A DNA stretch of 63,880 bases, counting the filler, from Choristocarpus tenellus KU-1152 (Eukaryota > Protista > Phaeophyceae), in NCBI GenBank assembly GCA_964200185.2. It is 10 parts of 10 records of this genome, joined end to end, with 100 filler letters (N's around TTAATTAATTAA, not from the genome) between each part and the next. Parts side by side here need not be neighbours in the genome. Positions count along the whole stretch, not along the records: positions 1 to 3,959 come from CAXNAD020016927.1; positions 4,060 to 18,428 come from CAXNAD020001214.1; 8 more parts are not named here. One strand, written 5' to 3'. Position 1 is the stretch's first letter; every line of letters begins with the position of its first letter. Positions 1 to 12,358 of this stretch are shown piece by piece. The notes beneath the pieces were generated by a model, which ran no database searches, was not told the DNA's origin, and saw nothing but the letters and a program-made list of their open reading frames with translations. The position numbers were made by a program, and so were the translations under genes.

Positions 1-30
1 CCCCCCCCCCCCCCCCAGATACTTTGACCC
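1..30. mobile_element. Right terminus of MITE family C (poly-C-AGATACTTTGACCC), cut by window/contig start
   Basis: Same terminus as the complete family C copies at 33305-33486 and 33892-34215. Confidence 0.7.
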
Positions 31-1339
31 TGAACAATGGGGAAAAAATTGAAACTGACTATAATATATGTAAAAATGCCCTCCCGCATCAACTAAGCCC
101 GCAACCTCCCTAACACAATACTTCCGTGGAAGCATGTACCGGATTGATGAAGGAGAGGGTGACTCACGAATACGAATATACACACTGTACCTCGTCCGCA
201 CCATGTCTCTCCTCTGCATTACAGCGATGTGGGACTTGTCCACAACCACACCTGTGCAGGAGCATCCCGTTCTGCACTGTACCGTTCTACGGCAAGCTGA
301 ATATTTACGCCTCGCAATCCTCCCATTTCACCTCATAGGGGTAGCTGACTTGCTCCTCTCCAACTCTCACCGTGTAGTGGGGCTGGTATCGGGTCGTGGT
401 CCCTCACATCCACTGACGGTCCCATCGGAACTACAGTCCCCTCCCCTCAGCTCGATCATAAAATATTATTTCCTTGTCCGAATCCTGTAGAACCTTCAGT
501 GACCGTTTGAGGATGATGAAGGCCTTGGTATCCTTCTTGTCGTCTCTACACTTCTCCTGTTGAACCAGCTGCTGGCGGCGTTGGGTGACACGTTGGGCTG
601 CAGCCTCATCACGCTCCCTCTTCTCCTTTGACCGAATTTCTTTGACCCCCCTCTCAATCTCATCCTCTGCCATGTACGACCTCAGCCCAGGGGGCAAAGA
701 GTTCTCGCTATCGTCTCGTACGTAACACAGAGTAGATATACATGCCCCTGAACCATCTATGTCAATGTCGCAGACCTCCCCCCATACAATAACACCCCCA
801 TTCGCGCATAGCATAAAGCCCGTGCCTCGGCTGAATTTGGCATCGGATTTGTCTCCAAATCTGAGTTACCTTCAGGTATCCCACTCAGGGATTGCTGGTT
901 GGATTCCAAGGTGAACCTCCGGTATTGAGAAGACAGGATGGTGAAGTTGTCATTGAGGTCGTTGTGGTGAAGGTCTGTGAAGTCAGGGATTAGTACAGCC
1001 TAAAGGGGGACGACGTGGGGACCTGGTTGTGCGTCCTACAATGTCATGACGATATTTGTTGTTATTGGGGAAGGTTGATAGGGACAACCGTGAGGATATT
1101 CTCGTAAGATAATATTTTTATTATTATGCCCTCTGATATTTTGCAGATGTGTCAGGGGGGAAACCAATGAAAACTATTCACATGTCAATATAAGCCCTAA
1201 AGAAATAAAATATGTCACATCTGTGAAAAACATTAATCTATGCTGTACCACTGCCTTCCTGTGCCTCCAGTCTATATCTATTCCTGTACCCCAAGGTGAG
1301 GAGCTAGGGAGACATCCCAAGAATTCAACAAACCCCTAC

Positions 1340-1600
1340 GTGCCCATCTACCTGGTGACCCCAGCTTAAAACGCATGAAACGTCTCTACAGTGCCACTTG
1401 CGTAGTTCCTGCGACAATGTGGTGTAGCCGGGATTTAACCGCTCCTTTCCTGCTATATCCTCCAGTTCCTCTCCCCCCCACCATGTGTGTAGCCAGCTCA
1501 TCCAGGAAGCATTCCACTTCCTTGCCGAGGTGCCAAAAACGTTCCACCGCGAAGGTGTCGAGGTTATAAGATGGTATTGTTGTGGTGGACATGTGTGTTC
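1340..1600 (-). pseudogene. 3' fragment of a CRE-like non-LTR retrotransposon (restriction-like endonuclease C-terminus), degenerate
   Basis: Translation SYNLDTFAVERFWHLGKEVECFLDELATHMVGG...RKGAVKSRLHHIVAGTTQVAL*RRFMRFKL resembles the F/L-A-V-E-x-x-G-x-L-G ... L-x-x-L-A tail of RLE-type elements. Contains an in-frame stop. Recognition from memory, not a search. Confidence 0.55.
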
Positions 1601-1867
1601 ACAAGTATTCACAAGATCCGACACAAATGCACAAGATATATTTCCGAAGGGTTAGAAACAGACAGAAGAAAATTCTAGTTCGAATATCGTTTGTAGAAAT
1701 TCTGGGGAAGTTATCAAGTGTGGTAGTAAAAGAAAAAGCAACATATACAAAAACAATGAAAAACAAACCTCACACAAATATACCCACTCTCGTACAATAT
1801 GAAATACTTGTCAAGTTAATGAAATTGGGGACTCAAATCAATATAACAAGAGAAATGAGATATGTTT

Positions 1868-2124
1868 GAGTCAAAGTATCTTAGAGGGTACAGCCGCGTC
1901 CGTTTGGGTATCAAAATCCAATGTTGCGATTTTCATGTAATTTTGGCTATTGTGTTTGTTAGGAAGTCAATATCCTTGTTCCGAACACACCTTCTCATAA
2001 AAATACACATTTTACCTACTCTGAAACATTTCGGAGTAGGAAAATGTCTCAAAAAACCCGTGGGAAGCCAAGCCCCAAATGGACAAACAAGGAAAAATTC
2101 GTACCCTCTAAGATACTTTCACTC
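1868..2124 (+). mobile_element. MITE family A (Sola2-like), full copy, ~257 bp
   Basis: 24-bp TIR GAGT(C/G)AAAGTATCTTAGAGGGTAC at both ends; flanked by TTT/TTT; multiple homologous copies in the window. Confidence 0.85.
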
Positions 2125-2179
2125 TTTCCCTTACCCAGAGACCATGTCTCATCATGGTGGCAGCCCTGAAGGCAATTCA

Positions 2180-2800
2180 GAGCCATTGGTGACACTTTGC
2201 GGTAAAACTACTGAAAGCAAAGTTGCACGGGCACTCTTTGTAGCCGTCACCGGCAATGGTTTCCCTTTCCTTGTTTATCTGAACGCTTACCCCATATATC
2301 CCCCCGGCCACAGGAGTAGCCCTGATCATGAGAGGGAACAAAGTGCGGGAAGAGGTAGGATCATAGGATGTAGTAAAACCAATTGAGTGGTAGGTTTGAG
2401 CCCTTTTGTATTCTAAGCCATCTGTCTTAAACCTGGTGCAATACACTCTATTTCAATTGCTATATGTGCACAATAGTGTACGCAAAATCGATGATACCCC
2501 TTTCCACGCATAAAATGATTCCACTGTTCAGCAAAGGCTCTTTCTGCAATTGTATAATACGGATTACTTTGAACCTATATATGTTAATTACACACATATG
2601 TGTAAGAGGAAATAGAAAGATGCACACAGCATGACTCACCAAGATACTGGTAAGCTCTAGAAGTTGAACAGGGAAGATAGATGTCCCTAAATCATTCCTC
2701 ATATTTAGGTTGACATCTTGAAGTGCCATGAACACGTCATCCATTCTCCCTTCTTCTGTTTTTGTCTGGATATGGCCATCAGTTCCCAAGAAGCCAGACA
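2180..2800 (-). pseudogene. Possible spliced coding relic, weakly Helitron Rep/helicase N-terminal-like
   Basis: A canonical 65-nt intron (GTGAGT at 2639 to ATATAG at 2575) joins LLELTSIL to VQSNPYYTIAERAF in frame. Downstream SYDPTSSRTLFP loosely echoes the Helitron NPY and YDPLQYPLLFP motifs. Confidence 0.25.
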
Positions 2801-3294
2801 CAGGGATTTGTACAATAGAAATTGTTGTGCCTTAGTCTAAATATACCCTTGTGTTGGAGATGAGAACAAGTATGTCTGCAACGGATTACACTTTGAGTAG
2901 TCCAATATGCATGGAGTACCTGACACTTACGAATATCTTGTTTACCATACGAATCACCATCGCTAAGGCTGTCTTCCTACTGTTAGATGAGCCTGCATAA
3001 AAAGAAGAAAGCAGTACATGCGATATTTTAAGAAGGAAACCTTAAAAATATGGTGGAATGAAGCGGTACAAGAACATGCCTGTACGTAGCATGGTATCTG
3101 TAACCTCGTATCAAGCGGAAGGCGCATGAAAGGGCATCGCTGTGTTGCACTGAAAAATATCAGAGGATGATGGGGTGGATAAATTTGCACACTGAGAGAA
3201 AGATGGAGTACCCTTCAGGTGGTCAGTGTACACCTGTCTGTAAATGTATCTGTATGTACATCACACAGTGCTGATGGGAAACGGCAAGTACATA

Positions 3295-3360
3295 GGGTCA
3301 AAGTATCTGGGGGGGGGGTTGTGGTTTGCACTGGGGCGTCCGTTTCGGATCCGATGAGGT
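3295..3360 (+). mobile_element. Left end of a family C-like MITE (truncated or divergent)
   Basis: GGGTCAAAGTATCT-polyG followed by the GCGTCCGTTTCGG box; no matching right end found. Confidence 0.55.
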
Positions 3361-3926
3361 GTTTAAAATTCGTGGAATTGCTATCTTCAGTCGTGGAGGG
3401 TTTATTCATTTTTGATGTTTTTTGGCATAGAATGCATTTAGGACCTGCGCTTGGCGCTTGAATGCGTGTATACTGTGTGATTATGGCTTAGGAAAGTTGC
3501 CGTTATGTTCAAAATTTGGAGTTATGATTGTTGCTGTTTGGACTAGGTGTGGAAAAGGTATTACTTCTTGTAAATGTTTCGCCTTATGTTTCAGATGGCG
3601 GTATCAAGTACGGGATGTTTCTTCATCTATGTTATTTTTGCTAGCTTTCTGTCAATGGCTCTTCAGCCTGAGCAATGCAAAGAGGCGAGGGAGAAGGGAT
3701 GTGGGTTGCATACTCTAGGTCATGACCCTGAACAAATTGGGTGCACTTGGTTTGCCGTTGGTATTGGGTTAGCACTGAGACGATTGTTCTTAGCACCATG
3801 TTGTATACACGTCCGAAGGTTAGTTGGGTGAGATAGACGGGCTTTGTGTGGTGTACATGTATAGGGTTGGAAGGGTTCTGTGTGCTCCAGAGCACGCAGA
3901 GAAAGAGAATACATAACAGAGTGAAA

Positions 3927-3959
3927 GATTCAAAGTATCTTAGATGGTAGAGCCGCATC
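3927..3959 (+). mobile_element. Left end of MITE family A at contig edge
   Basis: GATTCAAAGTATCTTAGATGGTAGAGCCGC matches the family A terminus, then the N linker. Confidence 0.65.
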
Positions 3960-4059
3960 NNNNNNNNNNNNNNNNNNNNNNNNNNNNNNNNNNNNNNNNN
4001 NNNTTAATTAATTAANNNNNNNNNNNNNNNNNNNNNNNNNNNNNNNNNNNNNNNNNNNN
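3960..4059. other. Artificial contig linker 44N-TTAATTAATTAA-44N (also at 18429-18528, 26802-26901, 31081-31180, 39549-39648, 42163-42262, 45904-46003, 54692-54791, 61251-61350)
   Basis: Identical 100-nt structure nine times; TTAATTAATTAA gives stops in all six frames. Short N gaps also occur at 33985-33994, 36842-36850 and 48164-48173. Confidence 0.97.
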
Positions 4060-4098
4060 GGGACTCCCCCCCCCCCCCCCCCCCAGATACTTTGGGTC
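4060..4098 (-). mobile_element. Terminus of MITE family B at contig edge
   Basis: poly-C-AGATACTTTGGGTC is the reverse complement of the family B left end GACCCAAAGTATCT-polyG. Confidence 0.65.
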
Positions 4099-6664
4099 AA
4101 TGGTGCCGGACATTGCTCTGGACAACACATGATATATGGCGAATGGGCTCGAGTGGTTGAAATGCAAAGGACAATATAATACAAATGTCGGCAAATATTG
4201 CACTTGCAATGGATGGTTGGTGCAAGTCTAGTGCCAGGCAATGTATGCTCTTGAGTAACTCGCCTCCGAAAGTTGTCCAGCAGCAAGCATTTCAAAGGGA
4301 ATCTGGCCTTCCGTTGTCGTGTCCAACGGACAGTAATGGCCAAATAAGGTGGAATATTATAAAGTAATAGCGTTGAGTGTTTCGTTTTCTAAGGTGTGGG
4401 GTTATTGAAAACATATCTAACAACAGTTGAAGTCCTTTTTTTGTTTCTCCCCATAGAGACTTTATTCAACTTTTGGACCTAACATTTACTGGGCCCTGTA
4501 TGAAATAGACACTCCTTTTTTTAACCTGCTTGGCCCATTGTTAGTGGTAGAAAAAAGGTGAAACATGTTATTTCCCCCCCTTCCTACGTGCTGCCTGGGA
4601 ACTCTTGTCGATGATATTTTAGCATCATTCTGTGTGACTCTTGCAGATCATTGGCAGCAGTCACTTATATATGCAGATAGCTTTGCTTCGGGATAGCAGA
4701 TGGTGCTGGCATTAGTACTTATCTCACCCAACTGCCCAGAGTTCAGAACCAAAATGATCCTACGTCTAAGTATAGTATGTAACTCACACATTAAATACCT
4801 CGAACACGGAGGTCTGGGACACAGTGGTGCCCTAGAAGTGACACGTTACACTCTCCTGATGATATGTTATATAAATTATTATGTTGTTCGCATGACAAGA
4901 CTATATTTCAGGTAGGTGTGGACTTACTCTTATGAGATACTCATCAACACCACAAGTATGCTTCGTAGTGTATTGGTTTTGAATACCTTCCAGTAGATGT
5001 CTTATCGTAGAGATGAGTTGTTCCACCTGCGGAAAACGGGGAGGAAAGGGGAAAAAAATAGCAGTTGAGTTGGTCCTGCATGAAGCAAAGGGTATGAGCA
5101 CAAAAATTAAAAACGACTGCACGTTTAAACTATTGAAGGCCAGGGTGAAATGTCGAAACCTTACATTTGAAAGGCATTTAACTCTCTGCGGTGGAACAAA
5201 ACAGGCATTTTCTGTAGGTAGTGGGCTTAGCTGATGCTGACGAGGAGGCCAGCCAAAAGACAGTTGTGTACACTATGTTGCATTTGAGGACCTTCAATAG
5301 AAGAATTTGCCCACCTGCGAGTATTGCTTTGAAGCTCATGTTTGAGTGTGGTACCTTAACTCCTTCTTTGGGCATGTGTTTTATGTTCTCCCTTGCTCGT
5401 AGTGGTAGTAGCAGTACAGTCGTGGTAAGGTTAAATAAAGTGAAGGGAGTGAATTAGATATGAAAGGTCATGAACATATATATGCTGACTAGTGGTTGGT
5501 GCTGGTGCTTGTGGTACTTAGTTGTGATTTGGTGTTGCTGGTATTGATACTAGCACATGAAGGGCCATCATGGGCCATTTTGTGGAAGTTACTACTACCG
5601 GTGAGAAGATCACACGGGGATACATGCTGGTTGATGTTTTCAGGATTGACCATTGAGGAGCTCTATTGTAATCAGTCTTTTGCAAGGCCCCCTAGTGACG
5701 CACGCTACATATAGTTCATATGCATACGAGTGCAAAACATGTGGCTCCATCCCCACCATACTGAGTTAACCTTTGATGTTACGGCATGGACATTATATCC
5801 CCCCTAATGTATATAGTGTAATACAATAATAATGATAGAGAAAGGAGCAGAAATAGATGATCACTTCAAGGACCAAGTCAGTACACCCGGCTCCTCTGTG
5901 TACGGATAATCTTCGCAACCTCTATTAACTCTTCCTTCTTCCCATCCAATAAATTGACTAGCCAGTTGAGAGGTAGGCAAGGTTGCATTTTAACAATCCT
6001 GATCAAGGGCAGCAGACACCTGTTTGTACAATCCCAGAAAGAGCCTATCTATAGTGAATTGTGGTGTCACTTTTGTGTGTGGGAAATTGGCATATCAATT
6101 TTGTGAACACTATTGTACACATGAAGCAACGGAATAGATTGCATTGCACAGGCAAGAAATATGGTTTAGAATTGCAAAAGGATCCGAACCTACCTACCTC
6201 TCAATATGTTTGGTTCAAACCATACCAGAGACAACTAACTGTGGCGAAGCATCACCGATTACCAGATTGATATTACTCTCCGTATATAATAGGTGGTTCG
6301 ACTCAGAGTAAGCAATGTATGCCGGGTACAATTACAATCAATACTTGATTCCTTTAAGTAGGATGTGTAATGAAATGTTCCCGTGATGTTGGTTGGTATC
6401 TCATTCATCACACATTCTCCAAGAAACAAACCATTGTTTTTCCCTATCATAACAACAAATATATACACGACGCGCGGTGCGCACATTTAGTGTCGCACGA
6501 GGCGAGTTGAGCATATCTTGGACTTCATCAAAAACCAACCAGCAATTTTATTTTTTTGAGCAACAACCCCACCTGTAAGGACAGTATCACCACACCACCG
6601 AGTCTAGCGACGCTTTCAGCTTCTGTATCAACAGTAGTTAGTACGTGTGATACCTCAAGGAAAT

Positions 6665-8127
6665 ATGAAGTTCACTGCTGCTGCTGTGCTTGGCCTATCC
6701 GCTTCGGCGGGTGCTTTCACGGTCACTCCTTGCATGAAGGCGGAGAGCCCAATGACTAAGTGCGTATGAACCCTCCCTTTCCAATCACAGGTTGACTTAG
6801 CATTCGTGGAGAGGAGAATAATGTCGTTTAAACTTACTCCGCACTTGCAGCGGTTGATGAGCTAGTACAATTCTGTCCTAGTTTTTCGTTTTGTGATAAA
6901 ACTCCTGGGGGATACCTTCCTCGATCATGCACAACATGTGTTACTCGTTGAAACATGACAATATTGTGTTGAGAACGCGCCGTGGTTGATATCCCTGCAA
7001 GGGACACGGAACAGATCATGAACTAAGTGCTCATGTTCTAAGTGATCGTGTGGCGCTTTGTATTTGAAGTTTTGGTCTTCAGAGACTCAGCGGAGAGTCA
7101 CATGCGCAAACCCTTCATCTAAGAGTTACTGAAGAATACCTTTTATGTTGCCTGATCATGACTGCAATGCCGAACGTTGTTGCAGGGCCACAACTCGTGC
7201 AGACTTCGTCAAATTCGCCGCTGGCGCGGCTACTGCCTTGGTGGCTGGTACAGCACCAGCGCTAGCAAAGGCCGGGACTGGCCCCAAGCAGAACCTTTTC
7301 GGGGTTATCGGATCTGACATGAATCTTGGAGGGGGAGCATCAAGCTATGTGCCCGAATCAAACACTTACTCGGCGTACTCGCCATACGGTTCCCCCTCCA
7401 AGGCAATGTACAGTAAGGACGATGACTTCATGGTGAAGGTTAAGATCGATATTCTTAAGGACTCTGCTAAGAAGCTCGAGACGATCCCAAAGTTCATCGA
7501 GGGCAAGAAGTGGACTGAGATCAACTCTGCGCTTACCGGAAAGGTGCGGAGGAGAACAGAGGACTATGCTGGAAGTTGGAGGGGGGGGCAAAGAGCCTTG
7601 TTGTAGTTCAGTGCCTGAAGTGGAGGGGAGAATTGACATACCAGATGGTGTGGATGAGCACTGCCCCGTCGAAAATGCTTGGATGTTGCACGCCTTATCC
7701 ATCTCTTAGATGACTTTTCCCAGTCCACTGTGCTTTGTTTCCCTATCTACACCATGTTCACACGACCGCACACACGCACGCGTACTTCCTCTTTAGAGAT
7801 TTTCTTGCTTTTCTGTCACACCACCTTCCAACACAGGGCATATACACACACCCATGATACGTGTGGGAACATAACATAGCGGTGCTACACATTTCTTACA
7901 TTTTGCTCTTCCACACTCCGCCCTCCCTTTCACTTCAGGCTTACAGCCTGAGGGACGCCATGAACTACCTGTCCAAGGGTAAGCCTGAATCCGTTGCGGC
8001 CGCGAAGACCTTCTACAAAGACATCGAGGCGATCATCCTCTATGCCGCCAAGAAGAACCCAGACGCTTGCTTGGCTGCCTACACGAGTGCCCAGGATAGT
8101 CTGAAGAAGTACCTGGCTTCCATTTAA
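6665..8127 (+). CDS. psbQ: Photosystem II oxygen-evolving enhancer protein 3 (PsbQ/PsbQ-prime), nuclear-encoded, 3 exons: 6665-6759, 7186-7543, 7939-8127
   Basis: Exons join in frame via GT-AG introns. MKFTAAAVLGLSASAGAF is a signal peptide with AF cleavage motif; then a lumenal signal ending ALA; mature AGTGPKQNLFGVIG...YSPY...IPKFIEGKKWTEINSALTGKAYSLRDAMNYL...AAKTFYKDIE matches the PsbQ four-helix bundle of red-lineage algae. Confidence 0.85.
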
Positions 8128-11100
8128 GGTATCCTTTTTGGGGGGGCAATAAAGCAACCGCCCTCATGCCTGATGAAGGCTGTGCGACCCTTGACCAAGG
8201 ATCTATGCACTTAGGGGTGTGCGTGCTGTTGCAGTGTGGTAGAGCAGCAGTAGTGCAGTATACATAATAGCCATAGAAGACTCACTTTATGTGACTTGAT
8301 CCACGCTGAATGTCCAGCTCTGAAGTGATTGGTTACCTTGGGCATGCACATGAAGGTGCATACAATGACTCAACTGATCTCAGGGGAGGTCGGAAGATAC
8401 TGTGCCATAATTGAAATTTTGTGGTTTTTTGTGTGGAGTCTACGGGAAGGGGGGAGCGGGGGGTTCAAGGATGCCTTTGTGGCAACAGACACCACAAAAG
8501 CACCTTTCATCCAACGTAGGAACTGCTGCTTTGCCAGTGATGTTGTTGTGCACATGCGGTCATTATGTCAAATGGTGCAGCAAGCTGTTGTGTGAATTTG
8601 AGGTCTGTGGAAGAATAAACTACCTTTGTGGACCCTGTTCTATGGAGTACAACCATGTTTTAATCCTCCCTCATTTTCCTGAAGCATGTATGCACATCAT
8701 TAAAGGTATTATGCAAAAGAATGCTAAATGGATCAGCTGGTTCCTGTGTTAATGCTAGAGGAAAAAAATATCAAATTCAGAAAAACATCAAATATCTCGA
8801 GTCAGTTGCCTCTTGCAGTGAAATACGTCAGACCGTGTGCCTGATCCTTTCTTGCACAGAGGCTTCGTATATCACATTTATCTACCATGTCAGCAAGAGT
8901 CTAACTTCAAGCTTACAGTTCAGATTTCAAGTTCGATTATTTTACCCTAAATTATGCAGGGATGTAACAGGGATTCTAACTTCTGGTGAGCTGCATATTT
9001 TCTGAGAAAATATGAAAATTACCCCCAGCCTCACGTAAGGTGTTGATTGGGTTGGTATGATATCACAATGTGACATGATCAATGGCGGTGATAAAAAAAC
9101 CTTCCACATTTTTTGTGTTCTTTTAAGTCATACTTCTGGCTTAAACACAGTTTTCTACTGCACGAAACCTCTTACAAGAATGAAGTGGTAAGGCAGTCAT
9201 GTTGCATTTACCCTCTTGTTCTGCACAGTGAGTCCATTCCTGTTAAGGGTTGGAGAATATGTTGAAGTTCCTTGTCAAAGATGAGCAGAATAGTAGGATA
9301 TATTTGTCCCTGGGTAAAGTGGAGAAAATCAGTTGAGAGTTGAATGGTACTGTGTATGTTTTATATTTTGATCTTCCCAAATGTATATTGGAGCAGTTGC
9401 CTAAAAAGCCAATGAAAGAAACAGGGCAAAAAAAAAAAGAATCCAGTAAGGAAGTCTCGAGACTTGGACAAGAACGGTTCCTCTACAGATGCACCTTCAT
9501 AGCAGAAATATTTAGGGGATGTAGCAACTTTCAATCCTCAGGAAGAAGGCAACATATACAAGGTCTTTGAAAAGGCTTTCATTTGCCCAGCCACAACTTA
9601 AGAGCACTACAACATAATGAAATGACATTGAGAAAGAGGTCATAAACAAAAACTTGTAATGATCAGTAGGTCATCAACACTCTCAACCAATCAAATATTA
9701 AACTTGTGAATGACCTTGATAAAGAGAATCAAAAGTGGAATTATTTCCAGTGCCATAATGTCCTTGAAATCATGGGTATTAATTGTATTGACATCATTCT
9801 TCAAAGAAGCATTTGGCAGTGAGTTCTGTCCCAAATTAATCATCCCAAGCAACCCTTGATAGAGTTTTATCACTCGAAAAGTATGACACCTCTTCCCTCC
9901 CCTCCACTCCTTCCTGAGTTCGTTGACCACAATCCTATCTTAATAAAGAAACAAGATGTGGGATATCAGACACATTACATTGTAAGCCTGGATGGGCACT
10001 GGGGTGAAGACAGGTTTTTGTAAGTAGGTATGATTATGTGATCAAGAAGAATAGCATTATACCATCAACGGCATCCTGCTCTCAGCAGCTGATTATCTTC
10101 TTGTGCACCAGTTGTCACAGGAGCACCACCATCGCAGAATCTTCCTGGGCTCAAATCTGAGGTAGTATTGATGGTACAACCTTCCCTCTTTGTGTACCTT
10201 CATCGATTAACTACCTATCCTTGACATGTCTTGTGGAGGTTGTACTTTTTTCTTCCAAGAAAAATAGAAACACAATATTCTTAACATTTATCTTTAGACC
10301 ACTTTCTCGACATTGCACATGGTTGCCAAGCAACATCCTCACTATACATAATTTATTGGTGTTACTACCCACAAACAGTAGCTTTGGTAGTTCCGATTTA
10401 CTTTATAATAGCAGAGTCTTTGATGTACGGAATTTTTTTTAGAAGCCAATAAATATCATCTGGTTTATCCTGACGTCTTGCCATAGGAGTATATTTAGCC
10501 ACTATTTTCCACTTTTGTTAACAGCTTCATATTCTGAGCTAAGTTTTATCTGCAAACAAGCACCAGGATCTCTTGAGCACCTATCTAATTCTTCTTTTGA
10601 CTAATCAAAAGCGAATGCTTACAAAATCTTAAAAGAACAATATTCTTGATTACAATGTGTCGGCATATTCACATCTAACTTTACACAAAGTAGAACATGT
10701 ATGATCAACAATCTATATATACATTGGGGAGCCTTCTAGTTGGCAGGGACTCAGCCAGGACACACAGGGACCATGAAGTCATGTCATTTTAACTGATGCC
10801 AAATGAGATTTGTGCACTAAGAATTGTCACCATTGTTGAAAGGTCAAAACTGTCCAGCTTTATATAAGCAATCTGATATTCATCACCTCACACTATCCCA
10901 TTTCTGTCGTTAAAAAGCTTTATGTTTTTGTAGCAAGTGCCTGTACCATGTCACTTCTCAGAATTTTCGCTTTGCAACCCTCCTATTGTCAGGACTTGCT
11001 GTCTTCAATGGTTCAAATAATGCATATCCAGTCCTCCCTCCTTTGCCTCTCTTGCTACCTTTCTGAACCACCACATACTCATTTGATCAGACCATAGTAC

Positions 11101-12358
11101 TACTAGTAATATATGAGAATGTGTACACACCAAACACAAGTTGGATGTACCACACTTGCCTTGGAGCGGTCCGTTGTTGTACGGAGTATATATCCAATGT
11201 GAAAAGGATGGGTTCAGAGGGGACACAAAAAGACTATCCAGATGAAAACACGTGACCTATGTACGAGATCAGTGGGCAGATATGCCTTCCTTGAACTCAA
11301 CTCAGCAATGTTGTGTATGTCCAAAGGTGTACAGTGTAACACAAGAGGTCTATCAAGAGTATATGCCTGCAACTGCATTTGGGTGATCTGTGTTGAGGAC
11401 ATGGCAAAGGAAACCACCCCTTGCACTTGGTCATATGAACTTAGTTGGAAAAGAAAGCACCTACCATGTCACGATTCATTCTCCACTCCTGCCTCCAAAG
11501 TGACATCCTAGGTTTGTAGCATATGGTGATGTGGTAATCTGTGGTAATCTTACAAATCTTCAACACTCTTGGGATCATCCCCTTAAATTAGCCCATGTTA
11601 ACAGCTATACATTCATGTATTGGTTCACTCTTTGTCATATGGAGGACAAGGGTGGGACACAGACCACAACACCAGGCACTTTTCCTGCAGAGGGCTTGGC
11701 ACTGCAAGAGAGGTTCACACATGAGTCCTTTTCATATGTACCGCTATGTCTTAAAGAGTGCATGTTTCCATGCAGTGTGGAAACCATGGTAGACAGAGTT
11801 GCAACAGTCACCTACAGTAACATAACAAACAGTATCACTTACACCACTCAGGGATTCAAAGGTACTGCTCTGCATCCTCCCTCCCTAAATGAAACCAAGC
11901 AAACTTCAACCCCATCAGGGCAAAAATGTGGTTTGAAGCACAGTTACTTGAAGGCATGAACTCATCACCCTATTAATAAGAAGAATGTACAAACCAAGTT
12001 AATGTTCCAAGTTAATGTTCCCCCCCCAAATGGTCAAACGAGGTTGAAGTTGGGCTTGGTGAAGCATGGGGAACAAAATATACTTGCTAAGAGACCTTTT
12101 GATCGCTTCCTGTTTTGCCACAAAACTTTGATTCAGTTCCCAGGTGGCTAGTTGTGCCTTCTGCAAGATCTGCTGCACATTAGGTGCCAATGCCTCTTAT
12201 TGTCAGTCCAGTTCTCAAAAATTGCCCCCCCCCTGTCCTCTCCCTCGCCCAAGGTCCCTGTGCCTGAAGTACTGGGTGTTCTGTTTTGCAATAACATCGT
12301 CAAAAGTCTACCCACAAATTAGATGTAACTGCCCCTGTCCCTCTCTAGCATTAATGAC

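Noticed and set aside
1862-2386. Recurring short ORFs with motifs such as SKYLRG, YPLRYF, TQSIWGG, PPRYF
   Set aside because: These are translations of MITE TIRs, not a protein family.
4004-4015. Recurrent TTAATTAATTAA palindrome as a biological repeat or piggyBac-type site
   Set aside because: Always centred in 44N+44N; it is an artificial six-frame-stop linker.
8700-12200. Coding gene or intact retroelement between psbQ and MANF
   Set aside because: Only short ORFs without motifs; likely old decayed repeat DNA that I cannot classify.
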